The notes below the pieces were generated by a model, which saw only the letters and a program-made list of their open reading frames with translations, was not told the DNA's origin and searched no databases. Shown one piece after another: positions 19,612 to 30,188 of a stretch of 64,000 nucleotides of DNA. The DNA comes from a bacterium. GTDB taxonomy: Bacteria; Patescibacteriota; Minisyncoccia; Phycocordibacterales; UBA9973. The stretch spans positions 208,892 through 272,891 of the forward strand of contig JBAWZD010000001.1 in NCBI GenBank assembly GCA_037143195.1, written 5' to 3'. Made by a program: the position numbers and the translations under genes. Every line of letters begins with the position of its first letter. Within the stretch, counting starts at the first letter, position 1.

Positions 19612-20724
19612 CTATTCCTTTACCTCAGACACGAGTGTCGTCGGTGTTCCATCGAGCACAACGGAAAACGCCATTCGGCCGAGCAGTTGCCCGCTTGGAG
19701 TCAATACATTCACACGCCATTTTCCTTCGGTGAGATCGCTATTGATTGAATAGGTGCGATATCCTTGGGCTCGTCCACCTGAAACCGCAAGGTTAACGCC
19801 AATTTCTGTCGACCATTTTTTTGTGACGGGGTCATATTTTTGCCATTGATGCGTAACATCCGTATTGAATGAAAGTGGTGAAAAGATTGAACTATAGGCG
19901 TACACGAGACTGTTGCTCGCCGTGTGGAATGTTGGATAGACGCTAATGTAGGTCAATAATTTTTCTCGAATAGATTCGGGTTCGTGTGTGACAGTATAGG
20001 CACCATCGGTCGTACGTGAGATTGAATGATAGATTCCTGCGTCGGTGAGTGCGAGTGGTAGTGGAGGAATGATGTTGAGGAAATAAAAGACATTTACAAT
20101 AACAAAAATTCCAGCAACGATTGAAAGGAGTTCGGCGCGAACCTTTGTGATTTCAATCTGTGTCGTTTTTCGGAGTAATGCAATAAACCCAATGAGTGCG
20201 ATAACACTCAGTCCTCCACTCATGAGAAATACTTGTGTGCTGATTTGATGCATCAGCACCGGTACGATAAATATTGCAAACAAGTAGATTGAAAGGAAGA
20301 AAAATCCGATTTGAAAACTAACGCGCGAGTAGTGATGCTTGAGTGATTCGTTGGCGATAAAAGCGATAACAAGTACAAGGAAAAATGGCCACGCGATTGC
20401 GAGCACGGCACTTCGAAGGTAGAACACAATAAACGTACTAAGTAGTCCTCCAAACGTAAACTGAAGTATTGTTACGAGCCAAAAGTGAAGGCGCTCAGGA
20501 TTGCGGGTGTCGGTTGTTTCAGGATTCTCTTGTCGGTTGAGAAGGATAATACATGCTCCAACAACGGCAAGATGTACAATCACCCAAAAATTCTCCATGA
20601 ATTCGTCCACTCGAGTTAGCGTAAGCGCGTTGAATACAAATCCGCCAACAAGCGAAAGGGTGGAAATGATACGTTCGTTTTTGGCGTACCATGTATGGAT
20701 GATTTTGATTCGTTTGCGAGCCAT
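19612..20724 (-). CDS. Hypothetical polytopic membrane protein with C-terminal extracytoplasmic domain
   Basis: 370 aa. The N-terminal ~250 aa contain multiple TM helices and the C-terminal ~120 aa are soluble. Confidence 0.5.
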   Translation of the reverse strand: MARKRIKIIHTWYAKNERIISTLSLVGGFVFNALTLTRVDEFMENFWVIVHLAVVGACIILLNRQENPETTDTRNPERLHFWLVTILQFTFGGLLSTFIVFYLRSAVLAIAWPFFLVLVIAFIANESLKHHYSRVSFQIGFFFLSIYLFAIFIVPVLMHQISTQVFLMSGGLSVIALIGFIALLRKTTQIEITKVRAELLSIVAGIFVIVNVFYFLNIIPPLPLALTDAGIYHSISRTTDGAYTVTHEPESIREKLLTYISVYPTFHTASNSLVYAYSSIFSPLSFNTDVTHQWQKYDPVTKKWSTEIGVNLAVSGGRAQGYRTYSINSDLTEGKWRVNVLTPSGQLLGRMAFSVVLDGTPTTLVSEVKE

Positions 20725-20762
20725 GTAATGTAAGTATATTTCAGTTTGGACAAAAAGGAAAT

Positions 20763-20792
20763 AAAATGGCCGCGCGTACGCGCGGCCATTTT
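20763..20792. terminator. Rho-independent terminator (perfect GC-rich palindrome) downstream of the yceI-like gene
   Basis: aaaatggccgcgcg-ta-cgcgcggccatttt with A/T runs on both sides. Confidence 0.7.
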
Positions 20793-20809
20793 GAAACCTA
20801 TCAAGTAAA

Positions 20810-21334
20810 TTATTCTTGCTTCAATTCAATCGTAGCTTCGAGTGTAACATCTTCGCTTACAGCGACACCACCTGCCTCAAGTGCTGCATTCCAGTTTACA
20901 CCGAAATCAGTACGCTTGATTGTGCCACTGACGTCGAATGATACGACTTTCTTTCCGTATGCATCAACGACCGATCCATTCAAAATTGCGTTGATTGCAA
21001 TTTCCTTTGTTACGCCACGCATTGTGAAGTCACCAACGGCGGTAAATGTATTTTCGCCATTCTTTGTGAATGATTTTGAGACAAACATAACTTTTGGGTT
21101 GTTTGCTCCATCAAAGAAATCTGGTGACTGAAGGTGTGCGTCGCGCATTGCGTTGTTTGTCGTAATGCTTGCTGTATCTGCACTAAACGAAAGCTTTGCA
21201 TCAGAAAATGTCTCGTCTGTTGCAGTGAGCGCACCTTCGAAGGTTCCAAAGCGACCGCGAACGGTCGAGATAAGGAGATGCTTCACTGTAAAACCAACTT
21301 CTGAGTGCGCTGCGTCAATATGCCATGTATTCAT
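20810..21334 (-). CDS. YceI-family periplasmic polyisoprenoid-binding-like protein
   Basis: WHIDAAHSEVGFTVKHLLISTVRGRFGTFEG is the YceI signature. Confidence 0.85.
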   Translation of the reverse strand: MNTWHIDAAHSEVGFTVKHLLISTVRGRFGTFEGALTATDETFSDAKLSFSADTASITTNNAMRDAHLQSPDFFDGANNPKVMFVSKSFTKNGENTFTAVGDFTMRGVTKEIAINAILNGSVVDAYGKKVVSFDVSGTIKRTDFGVNWNAALEAGGVAVSEDVTLEATIELKQE

Positions 21335-21384
21335 ACTAGCGAATATATAAAATTACTTCTTGTAAGACACCAAGTATACAGGAG

Positions 21385-21720
21385 GTGCTTTACAAAGTAA
21401 AGTATGATATACTCCCAAATCATATGAAAGACCACAGTAAAGCAAAATGTCCTATAGCAAAGGTCGCCTCCCTGCTCTCGGACACGTGGACAATGCTTAT
21501 TCTTCGCGATCTCATGAAGAGCGAGATGCGTTTTTCTGAGCTGCACGATTCGCTCACTGGTATCAGTACTCGCACGTTGTCACTCAAACTTCAAAAATTG
21601 GAAGCCGAAGGTATCATCACAAAACGCGAACCGCACTATTTGATTAGCGCAAAAGGAAAGAAACTCGCATCGATATTTGATGAAATGACGAAATACGGAA
21701 AGAAATATCTTGCCAAGTAA
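21385..21720 (+). CDS. HxlR-family transcriptional regulator
   Basis: CPIAKVASLLSDTWTMLILRDLMKSEMRFSEL...GISTRTLSLKLQKLEAEGII is the HxlR winged-helix signature. Confidence 0.85.
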   Translation: MLYKVKYDILPNHMKDHSKAKCPIAKVASLLSDTWTMLILRDLMKSEMRFSELHDSLTGISTRTLSLKLQKLEAEGIITKREPHYLISAKGKKLASIFDEMTKYGKKYLAK

Positions 21721-22333
21721 ATCGATGCAAATTAAACTCGTTGTCGTTGATATTGGTGGAGTAGTATTCACAAAAGGTAAAACACTCTTTTGTGAATACT
21801 TGTCGAAAAAATATTCTATTCCATTAGCAAAGGTAACTGCAGTTATTGACGGTTACCATGCGATTCAGTATCGATGTAATGAAATTACCGAAAGCGAATA
21901 CTGGAGTACTGTACAAGCTGGGCTGCCTGAGGTGAAGCTCTCTTCTCGCGAACTTGAGCAAGTATGGTTTGAGTTGTACGGGTTGATCGATGGCATGTAC
22001 GAAATAATTCTACGATTACGTCCCCATGTTCTTGTCGGGTACTTGTCAAATAATACAAAAGAAAGAATCGCCTACCTCCAAAACAAATTCGGATTTATGG
22101 AATGGTTTGATGGCGGCGTTTTTTCATATGAAGTTGGTGTGGTTAAAAATTCAAATAAAATATACCAATGTCTCTTCGAAAAATTTCCGGGGGTTCGACC
22201 AAGTGAGATTGTCGTTATCGATGATAAAATGGAAAATCTATCGTTGCCTTCAAGCCTCGGCGTCAACTGCGTTCATTTCACGACAGTATCAAATTTAAAA
22301 CAATCTTTGCGCGATCTGGGTCTACCTGTATAA
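21710..22333 (+). CDS. HAD-family hydrolase
   Basis: Motif I VVVDIGGVVF. Size and architecture match HAD-IA. Confidence 0.7.
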   Translation: MPSKSMQIKLVVVDIGGVVFTKGKTLFCEYLSKKYSIPLAKVTAVIDGYHAIQYRCNEITESEYWSTVQAGLPEVKLSSRELEQVWFELYGLIDGMYEIILRLRPHVLVGYLSNNTKERIAYLQNKFGFMEWFDGGVFSYEVGVVKNSNKIYQCLFEKFPGVRPSEIVVIDDKMENLSLPSSLGVNCVHFTTVSNLKQSLRDLGLPV

Positions 22334-22355
22334 CGACAACATCCTTCATCAAGTA

Positions 22356-23291
22356 GTGTATATCGTATATACTGTCGGTATGCAATCAATCTCGCTTCGC
22401 ATACGCATTATTTACGGGGGTATCGCGCTCGCTACGCTCGCGCTCATAGTCTACGGTATCTCTAGCTATCATCGAACGGTACGTGCACTCCAAGCGTCAA
22501 TCACAAAAGCAAACGCCGATCTGATCGAAAACAAGACAGCAACTGAAACAAAAATCAAAAGTTTGTCTGACTCACTTGCAGCACTCGAAACAACAAATTC
22601 ATTTTTGACTGACGCGCTCCTCTCAGAACAACAAAAAAATGCCCTCGTGACTGAACAAATCGGTGCCGTCACAAGCACGGTCGGTAATCTTGAAAAATTG
22701 AGTAAAACTGATCCCGAACTTCTCAAACAGTATTCAAAAGTATATTTTTTGAATGAACATTACGTGCCTGTCTCTCTTTCATACATCGATCCTCGATTTG
22801 CTGTTACACAAGCAAAAAATCTTCAAATTCATACGAACGTACTACCATATCTCACCAACCTACTCTCTGCTGCACAAAATTCGGGACTAACACTCGAAGT
22901 TGATTCCGCATATCGCTCATTTGGCACACAAGCACAACTCAAAGCAAAGTATCGCGTGACCTACGGCGCAGGTACGGCAAATTCATTCTCTGCGGAGCAG
23001 GGATATTCCGAGCATCAACTTGGTACGGCAGTTGATTTCACTACCCAAAAAATCGATGGTGCACTGTCTGGTTTTGAAAAAACACCTGAATACGCATGGC
23101 TTCAATCAAATGCATACCAATACGGATTCGTCATTTCCTACCCTGAGAATAATCCTTCGTATCAATTTGAACCATGGCATTGGAGATTCGTCGGAGTCAA
23201 ACTTGCGACGGAAATTCACAATCGAGGTACATACTTTTACGCGATGGATCAACGAGATATTGATACCTACCTCGCGAATATCTTCGATTAA
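22356..23291 (+). CDS. M15B (VanY-like) D-alanyl-D-alanine carboxypeptidase with N-terminal TM and coiled coil
   Basis: Zn-ligand motifs SAYRSF...QAQL, SEHQLGTAVDF and EPWHWRF. Confidence 0.8.
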   Translation: MYIVYTVGMQSISLRIRIIYGGIALATLALIVYGISSYHRTVRALQASITKANADLIENKTATETKIKSLSDSLAALETTNSFLTDALLSEQQKNALVTEQIGAVTSTVGNLEKLSKTDPELLKQYSKVYFLNEHYVPVSLSYIDPRFAVTQAKNLQIHTNVLPYLTNLLSAAQNSGLTLEVDSAYRSFGTQAQLKAKYRVTYGAGTANSFSAEQGYSEHQLGTAVDFTTQKIDGALSGFEKTPEYAWLQSNAYQYGFVISYPENNPSYQFEPWHWRFVGVKLATEIHNRGTYFYAMDQRDIDTYLANIFD

Positions 23292-23302
23292 AAAATTTCG
23301 GA

Positions 23303-24775
23303 TTACTTATCGAGATCGAGTGTATCGTCGATACGAATTTGTGCAAGGAATTCTGGAACGTGCGAAACAACAATCATCGCGCCTTGATATTGATCGAGTG
23401 CTTTTGCAATGATCGGAAGGTGGCGGAAGTTGATATGGTTTGTTGGCTCATCGAGAATGAGCAATCCTGGCTGTTCAAGTACGAGACTTGCGAATGCGAC
23501 GAGCCCCTTCTGTCCTTCAGACAGCGCTCCAATTTTCGTATTCATGATTTCGCCCGTAATAAGGAATCCTGCAGCAACTGAACGCATGCGTTCTTCTTCG
23601 AAACGTCCGGTGATACGCATGACGACATTTTTGAGTGCTTGAAATGGCGTCTCTTCAAAGTTGAGTGTTCCGAAATCTTGACGGTAATACCCAACGCGCA
23701 CGCCACTTTGAATCGTGACACCTTTGGCTGTGCCACGTGCGATGCTTTCGAGGAGCGTCGTCTTCCCTATTCCGTTTGGCCCTTTGAGAAGCAAATGTTG
23801 ATTGCGTTTGAGGGAGGCAGAAATTTTGCGCTCGACTGGCTTGTGATTCTTCATCATCGAGAGTGATGTAATAGAAATGATTTCACCGATCAAGTCAGGT
23901 TGATGTGGAATCGTAAAAGCTTTGATGGTCTTGTCCTCCTTGCGGACGTCAACCATTTCTTCCTCGAGATCCTCTGCGAGTTCCTTCATGCGTTTTGCGA
24001 CGAGACGCAAACGACCTCCTTTGTGAGCAAATTCGTTCGATTTATCTTTCTTAGCTTGGATTTGTTTTGCGAGTTGAGCATTCTTCATGTTCTCGCGTTC
24101 TACTCGTGCCGTAATATCTTTCAACACGTTGTTGTAGTTTCCAACATAGTACTCAACTTTGCGTGTATAAATATCAAGATACAAGACTGCATCAGTAAAC
24201 GCATTCAAGAATTCTGCATCGTGGGAAATAACGACAACAGTCTTTTTGTATTCGATCAAAAACTTTGTCAGGTGCTCGATACCAGCTTTGTCGAGGTTGT
24301 TTGTTGGCTCATCGAGCAACAAAATATCAGGATCGGTAATGAGTGCAGATGCGAGCAAGAGACGTGCCTGTTGACCTCCAGAAAATGTTTTGATGATTCG
24401 GTCGTGTACTTTTTCGTGCCCCTTCAAATTGACGATCTCAAGTGCGTCGTCGATTTTAGGATCGATGTCATACACCTTTTGCTTAAATTGTTTTTGGAAA
24501 AATTCACGTACCGTCAAATCCATTTCGGTACGAGGAATGACCTGACGACTTGTAGCAATCGTAACGCCGTCACCGATAATGATCGAACCATTCTCAGGCT
24601 CATTTGTGCCGTTAATCAGCCCGAAAATGGTACTTTTGCCGGCACCGTTTTGTCCCATGAGCGTAATTTTTGCGCCACGACGGATACCAAAACTGACCGT
24701 GTCGAGGATCGGCTTGTTGTGACCATATTCAAATGACACCTCTTCAAATCGGAGGATAGATTCGTTTTTTGACAT
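23303..24775 (-). CDS. ABC-F type ATPase with tandem nucleotide-binding domains
   Basis: Two NBDs, each with Walker A (GQNGAGKST / GPNGIGKTT), an LSGGQ signature and Walker B. No TM domain. Confidence 0.85.
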   Translation of the reverse strand: MSKNESILRFEEVSFEYGHNKPILDTVSFGIRRGAKITLMGQNGAGKSTIFGLINGTNEPENGSIIIGDGVTIATSRQVIPRTEMDLTVREFFQKQFKQKVYDIDPKIDDALEIVNLKGHEKVHDRIIKTFSGGQQARLLLASALITDPDILLLDEPTNNLDKAGIEHLTKFLIEYKKTVVVISHDAEFLNAFTDAVLYLDIYTRKVEYYVGNYNNVLKDITARVERENMKNAQLAKQIQAKKDKSNEFAHKGGRLRLVAKRMKELAEDLEEEMVDVRKEDKTIKAFTIPHQPDLIGEIISITSLSMMKNHKPVERKISASLKRNQHLLLKGPNGIGKTTLLESIARGTAKGVTIQSGVRVGYYRQDFGTLNFEETPFQALKNVVMRITGRFEEERMRSVAAGFLITGEIMNTKIGALSEGQKGLVAFASLVLEQPGLLILDEPTNHINFRHLPIIAKALDQYQGAMIVVSHVPEFLAQIRIDDTLDLDK

Positions 24776-24814
24776 TGCTTTGACAGAATACCTTAAAAAT
24801 GCCCAAAAAGAAAG

Positions 24815-26104
24815 CTAAAATGCCGTTTTGTAGCTTTTTGGGAGGTAAAGCATCGGATCGAGATATGCGTTCGTTGCTGCTGTCGGGATTGTGATTGTTT
24901 TGCCTGGACAGGCCTTGCTTGGGAAACTGTGGATAGCGACACCGTCGTTTGGAAAGACTGATACGTGGAGATGTGGCCCCGTAGCGTAGCCAGTCGCCCC
25001 GCTATAGGCCACAACATCTCCAGGAAGTACGCGAGTACCACTTGCCGCTTTTACAAGCGATAGATGACCGTATACGCTCGAGAGACCATTGTCATATTTG
25101 ATGAAGACCCAATTGCCGTACGATGCTCCAGGGCAGGCAGTGTCGGTATTTCCTGAGCCAATAACCGTCCCGATTGCCATGGCTTTGACGGGCGTGCCGA
25201 CTGGCGCTCCGAAGTCGACGCCGTTGTGCGAACCACTCACATATAATCGAGCCGCAGAGACAGTTCGACCAAACAGTTGAGTGATGATTACTTTGTCGAG
25301 TGGCCATATGAATGTGGTCGATCCAGACGAAGGCAACAAACTTGGATTCAAAACATACTTCAGTTTTGATTCATAGTCATGCAAGTCGCTTTCCATTTGT
25401 GTTTTCAGTACGAGCTTCTGCGCGACAATTTTTTGATAGTTTGTTTCTTGATTTTTTGTAAGTTTGAGCAGCGCGTTTTTTTGTGACTGTGTTTTGGTAT
25501 TGATAGCCTTCTGGTCCTGAAGCTGAGCTTCAAGTGAGAGGAGTACATTCTTGGCTTTTTGTACTTCGGTCTGATGATTTACCAAGGCGTTTTTGGTCGT
25601 CGAGAGCTGACCTGTGCGCTCTCTGATGCCAGTTCGAAAGGCCGAGCGTGCCTCATTGTAATGCCACAACGCCGAAAAACTTTGTTTGGAAATGAGTGAC
25701 TGAATCACTGAATTCTTGTCATCGATTTGCATTTCATGCAAACTTTTTGCAAGCGCAATTTTCAAATCGACAATGTTGTCCCCTGTTTTTTGAATCGATG
25801 ACCCGAGCGACTCTAGCGTCAAATTTTCCGCTGCAATTTTGCCTTCGGTCACTTTGATATCAGCGTTCAATTTTTTGGACTCAAGGTTGAGTGTCTGAAT
25901 TGTGTTTGCGAGCGTATTTTTATTTTTGCCGAGCAATGTGAGTTGTTGCTGGTATCCCGCGATTTCTTTTTCAAGATTACTAATTGCTGTATTTTGATCG
26001 GCGATCTTGTTCGTCAGATCACTCGCCGTATCAGCACGTACAAAAAAAGGCGTACATGCAATGAGTATTACTAGAAGTGCAATCTGCTTTGACGCCATTC
26101 GCAT
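24815..26104 (-). CDS. M23-family peptidoglycan DD-metalloendopeptidase with N-terminal coiled coil (EnvC-like)
   Basis: Signal peptide, long coiled-coil region, and a C-terminal M23 core HNGVDFGAPVGTPV...GATGYATGPHLH. Confidence 0.85.
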   Translation of the reverse strand: MRMASKQIALLVILIACTPFFVRADTASDLTNKIADQNTAISNLEKEIAGYQQQLTLLGKNKNTLANTIQTLNLESKKLNADIKVTEGKIAAENLTLESLGSSIQKTGDNIVDLKIALAKSLHEMQIDDKNSVIQSLISKQSFSALWHYNEARSAFRTGIRERTGQLSTTKNALVNHQTEVQKAKNVLLSLEAQLQDQKAINTKTQSQKNALLKLTKNQETNYQKIVAQKLVLKTQMESDLHDYESKLKYVLNPSLLPSSGSTTFIWPLDKVIITQLFGRTVSAARLYVSGSHNGVDFGAPVGTPVKAMAIGTVIGSGNTDTACPGASYGNWVFIKYDNGLSSVYGHLSLVKAASGTRVLPGDVVAYSGATGYATGPHLHVSVFPNDGVAIHSFPSKACPGKTITIPTAATNAYLDPMLYLPKSYKTAF

Positions 26105-26130
26105 GTACCTATTGTATCAGACGAATGTGT

Positions 26131-27489
26131 TTACGCTAAAATCGCGAGCGCGTTTTCGATACGAATGAGTGTCTCTCCTTTACCAGTCGAGCTTGCAATC
26201 GTAAATGGGTCGGGTGATTTTTCGAGTCCGGACAGCGAATAACGAAGTGGATGAAGCGCAGGGCCACGTTTTGGAAGTGAATCCGCGTATGCCATTACGG
26301 CTTCTTTGATCGTGTCGATCGTCCATGAAGACTCTGGGATATTCGTGAGGAGAGAATGCGCTTGTTTCAAGTGTGTTCGAGCTTCGTCTACTGTCGAACC
26401 TTTGAACAGGAGTGACTCTCTGACGAGCGTCGGTGTCTCAAAGAAAAATGTGAGCTCACCATTGTCACCCATCGTGCGAACATCGCCAAATTTCTCGATG
26501 CGCTCGATGATATTCGGTACAAGCGTGCGCATTTTCTCTTCTGTATAGTGAGGCAATTGTGTTACTGACTCGGGAAGGAACTCAAACACTTTTTGCTCTT
26601 GCTCAGTCTTTGACAAAAGCTTCATGTGTTCTTTGTTGATCCAATTGAGTTTGTCGAGGTTGAAGACGCCAGGGCTTTTTTGTACTCGTTCGAGACTAAA
26701 TGCTTCGACAAGACCTTTGAGTGTAAATATCTCTTGTTCAGTACCAGGGTTCCAACCGATCAATGCCATAAAGTTGATGAGTGCTTCAGGCAAATAGCCA
26801 TTCTTCCGATACGTCGAAACAGCAACGCTTTCGCCGTGTTTGCGCTTGGAAAGCTTTTGTTTGTCTGGAGCAAGAATGAGTGGAATATGTGCGAACGCTG
26901 GGACTGGTTTGTCGAGTGCCTTATAAAGCAAAATTTGGCGAGGTGTATTTGGCACATGATCTTGTCCGCGAATAACGTGTGTGATGTTTGCATTGCAATC
27001 GTCGACGACAACGGCAAAATTGTAGAGTGGTGTATCGAAATCTTTGGCGATGACGAAGTCGCCAAGATCGCTCGTGTCGACAGTGACATCTCCCAAAATC
27101 AAATCGTGGAATGTGACGGTCTCCGACTTATTGCGAAAGCGAATCACTTCACGCATTTCTCCGGCATTTTCTTTTGACTCCTCTTTTGAAATGTATGCCT
27201 TGTCTTCGTCGATGAGTTTTTGGAGATATATTTTGTGTTCAGAAAGATGCTCGCTCTGGCGAAAGAATGCATCGTGCTCAATCCCGAGCCATTTGAGTGA
27301 CTCGAGGATATCGTCCTCGTATTCTTTCTTCGATCGAATTTTGTCTGTGTCCTCAATTCGAAGGAGGTATTGCCCGTTGTTTTTGCGGGCGTAGAGGTAG
27401 CAAAAAAGAGCCGTGCGGAGCGTTCCCATATGGAAGAATCCGGTTGGTGACGGTGCTATGCGGGTGATGACGTGTTCGTTCGTAGACAT
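26131..27489 (-). CDS. gltX: Glutamyl-tRNA synthetase
   Basis: HIGH-region RIAPSPTGFFHMGTLRTALF and KMSKS-like KLSKR. The start is placed at MSTNEHV (27489), because the listed ORF's 67-aa N-terminal extension is low-complexity and atypical. Confidence 0.9.
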   Translation of the reverse strand: MSTNEHVITRIAPSPTGFFHMGTLRTALFCYLYARKNNGQYLLRIEDTDKIRSKKEYEDDILESLKWLGIEHDAFFRQSEHLSEHKIYLQKLIDEDKAYISKEESKENAGEMREVIRFRNKSETVTFHDLILGDVTVDTSDLGDFVIAKDFDTPLYNFAVVVDDCNANITHVIRGQDHVPNTPRQILLYKALDKPVPAFAHIPLILAPDKQKLSKRKHGESVAVSTYRKNGYLPEALINFMALIGWNPGTEQEIFTLKGLVEAFSLERVQKSPGVFNLDKLNWINKEHMKLLSKTEQEQKVFEFLPESVTQLPHYTEEKMRTLVPNIIERIEKFGDVRTMGDNGELTFFFETPTLVRESLLFKGSTVDEARTHLKQAHSLLTNIPESSWTIDTIKEAVMAYADSLPKRGPALHPLRYSLSGLEKSPDPFTIASSTGKGETLIRIENALAILA

Positions 27490-27565
27490 GTCTAGGAGTC
27501 TAGCAAAGTATTGGGAATAAAAAAAGCACATCAGTATCGTTGGTACGAATCCTGATGTGCCGTTA

Positions 27566-27856
27566 CTATTCACCCTCTTCAATTTCATATTCGACGACAG
27601 TGCCCCTCTCGTTGCTTTTGTCGTACTCAACACCTCCAGAGTACCCAACGGTACTGTGGTCGTGCTCGCCATCGTGGTGAACCTCACCACTTCGGTTCAC
27701 CTTTTGGGTCCCAAAACACTCATGGACCCAATCAGCGAACCCTTCTTTGTGGGTTCCGCCTGTGAAATTACTGCAGTACGCTAGAAGTATTATTACTACA
27801 ATAATTCCAAGCACAACTACTGTGGCGGTTGTGTCGCTCATGTGTATGTCAAACAT
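27566..27856 (-). CDS. Small hypothetical membrane-anchored protein with His/acidic-rich tail
   Basis: One TM (VVVLGIIVVIILLAY) followed by HHDGEHDH and an acidic C-terminus. No family. Confidence 0.35.
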   Translation of the reverse strand: MFDIHMSDTTATVVVLGIIVVIILLAYCSNFTGGTHKEGFADWVHECFGTQKVNRSGEVHHDGEHDHSTVGYSGGVEYDKSNERGTVVEYEIEEGE

Positions 27857-27945
27857 TGTATATATATTTTTTTATATTATACTACTTTATATATAAAAAG
27901 TCAATAGCAAGCAAAAGCCTGCATGTATAGGTATATTTGAGTCGG

Positions 27946-29076
27946 TTACCCAATATGCTCGAGAGCAATATCGACGAGGAGACGAGCGATTTTGTGTGCT
28001 GCAAGCGGAGTGGAAAATGCTTTCGCACAGGCAGCCATATTGCGACGGCGAATGTCATCTTCGAAAAATCGATTTACTTCGCCAACAAGAATAGCTGGTG
28101 AAAGATTCCCTTCTTCGATTACCGTTGCTGCACCATGACGCGCGTAGTTGAACGCATTCTTTTTCTGATGGTCGTCTTGCGAAACAGTGATCGGAATCAA
28201 GATAGAGGCGAGACCCCATGATGCAATTTCAAAAATAGTTGACCCTGCTCGTGAAATGACAAGATTGCTTGCCCCCGCAGACATTTTCATGGCAAGTGGA
28301 TCGAGGAATGCGAATGGTCGATAGCGACTTTCGTAGAGTTCAGGATTGTTGATCATAAATTTTGCGCGTGATTCTACCTCGGCAAAATTCTTGATTCCTG
28401 TTTGATGAATCACTTGATAGTTTTTGAGAAGTTGTGGAAGCGAATCAATAACAATATTATTGATTGCTTCTGCGCCAAGTGAACCACCGAGGATGAGGAT
28501 TGTTGGAATCGTTGGGTCAAGTTTGAGGAACGACGTTGCTCCTTCGGGCTTTCGCTCAATCAAATCGCGCCGAATAGGCTGACCTGTGAGCGCGACACGA
28601 TCCTTGGGGAAATAGTCACTTGCCTCATCATACGAAACTGCGATTTTTTGAGCGAATCGTCCGGCCCATTTGTTGACGCGTCCAGGTACGGAATCTGATT
28701 CATGAATCACGACAGGTATGCCAAGGATGCGCGCTGCGAGAAGCACCGGGAAACTCGCGTACCCACCTTTTCCAAACACAACATCAGGGTACAAGAAAAA
28801 GAGCGAGCCAAGAGCCTGAAGAACGCCGAAACCAGTTTTAAAAAGATCAATGAAATTTTGGAAGCTTGAGTATAGACGGCGCTTGCCAGCTGAAATCGAT
28901 TCGTAGCGAATACCATTTTCAAAAAGGTCTTCTTTGTTGTACGGTGCGTCGGAGTAATAGTACAGTTCAAGATCAAGAATTTTTTCCTTATCAACAATAT
29001 CGTGCACCGCTTCTGCGACTGCAATAATCGGATAAAAATGTCCTCCTGATCCTCCACCGGTGAATACGATTTTCAT
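27946..29076 (-). CDS. murG: Undecaprenyldiphospho-muramoylpentapeptide beta-N-acetylglucosaminyltransferase
   Basis: MKIVFTGGGSGGHFYPIIAVAEA is the MurG G-loop signature. Confidence 0.92.
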   Translation of the reverse strand: MKIVFTGGGSGGHFYPIIAVAEAVHDIVDKEKILDLELYYYSDAPYNKEDLFENGIRYESISAGKRRLYSSFQNFIDLFKTGFGVLQALGSLFFLYPDVVFGKGGYASFPVLLAARILGIPVVIHESDSVPGRVNKWAGRFAQKIAVSYDEASDYFPKDRVALTGQPIRRDLIERKPEGATSFLKLDPTIPTILILGGSLGAEAINNIVIDSLPQLLKNYQVIHQTGIKNFAEVESRAKFMINNPELYESRYRPFAFLDPLAMKMSAGASNLVISRAGSTIFEIASWGLASILIPITVSQDDHQKKNAFNYARHGAATVIEEGNLSPAILVGEVNRFFEDDIRRRNMAACAKAFSTPLAAHKIARLLVDIALEHIG

Positions 29077-29081
29077 AATGA

Positions 29082-30185
29082 TTATACTTTACGTTCTTTT
29101 GAAATTTGTAGAATGATTCCAACTGTTGCAAGTGAGAGAAGGAGTGACGTTCCACCTTGGCTCATGAATACAAGAGGAACGCCAGTGAGCGGAAACAATC
29201 CAACAATCGAGGCAACATTCATAAATGCCTGTAACGATATGATTATAACAAGTCCAGAAGCAAACAGTCCACTAAATGCGTCAGGTGCTCGTCGAGCAAT
29301 CCAAAGTCCGCGCATCGCAAAAAGAATGTACAGCAGGATAATAATCGCGCTTCCGATAAAACCAAACTCTTCACCGATTACCGCGAAAATTGAGTCCCCT
29401 TGTGGTTCTGGAAGATAATTGAATTTCTGAATACTTTGCCCAAAACCTCTTCCACCAACACCACCAGACCCTATCGCAATAAGCGACTGCTGCAATTGGT
29501 ATGACGAACCGGTTGGGTCGCTTGCGGGATTCATAAAAGTAGCAACGCGTTGTCTAAGGTACGGAGTATGGAATGCGAGTGCGATAAACACCACGGCAAC
29601 GACTCCACCGAGTGCGAGGAGATGTTTCCACGGAGTGCCAGAAAGGAAAAGCATTGCGAGACCAGTCGCGCTCATCAGAATGAGACTCTTTGTGTCAGGT
29701 TGAAACAACAGGACGCTTGCGATAATACCGAGCACGATGACGAGTGGCAGGACACCATACAGAGGACTCTCTACTTTCTTTTTGGCCCACGAGAGCCATG
29801 CAGCGAGATAGGTAATGAATCCAATTTTCAAAAACTCTACAGGTTGAAACGAAACACCAAATATAGAAATCCAGCGTCGAGCACCTCCGTGTGCAAATCC
29901 GAGGTGCGGTACATACACGAGCGATGTAAGAATGATTGATCCTATGAGCAACTTCCCTGCGTGTTTGCGCCAAAACAAGTATGGAATTTTGATGCAAGCA
30001 TAAAGCGCTGCCACTCCACCGACTAGGCCAAGGATGATCTGGGAAATGAGTATTTTATAGAAAACAGATTCACTACGAGCAAGTACTCCGAGTGACGCAG
30101 AGAAAAATGAAAAAATTCCCGCGATGATGAGGATCAACGCAATCGTCAAAAAAATGTAATCAATTGTTTTCTTTGCTTGAGCCAT
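29082..30185 (-). CDS. ftsW: SEDS-family peptidoglycan glycosyltransferase (FtsW/RodA)
   Basis: About 10 TM segments and SEDS motifs. Positioned between mraY and murG. Confidence 0.88.
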   Translation of the reverse strand: MAQAKKTIDYIFLTIALILIIAGIFSFFSASLGVLARSESVFYKILISQIILGLVGGVAALYACIKIPYLFWRKHAGKLLIGSIILTSLVYVPHLGFAHGGARRWISIFGVSFQPVEFLKIGFITYLAAWLSWAKKKVESPLYGVLPLVIVLGIIASVLLFQPDTKSLILMSATGLAMLFLSGTPWKHLLALGGVVAVVFIALAFHTPYLRQRVATFMNPASDPTGSSYQLQQSLIAIGSGGVGGRGFGQSIQKFNYLPEPQGDSIFAVIGEEFGFIGSAIIILLYILFAMRGLWIARRAPDAFSGLFASGLVIIISLQAFMNVASIVGLFPLTGVPLVFMSQGGTSLLLSLATVGIILQISKERKV

Positions 30186-30188
30186 GAG

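Noticed and set aside
23900-24736. 278-aa ORF antisense to the ABC-F ATPase
   Set aside because: It is a shadow ORF inside a confident CDS, with Cys/Phe-rich odd composition.
26131-27690. Long 519-aa version of gltX with a 67-aa N-terminal extension
   Set aside because: The extension (MVRFTTMASTTTVPLG...) is unlike any GluRS N-terminus. The internal Met at 27489 gives a canonical start just before the HIGH region.
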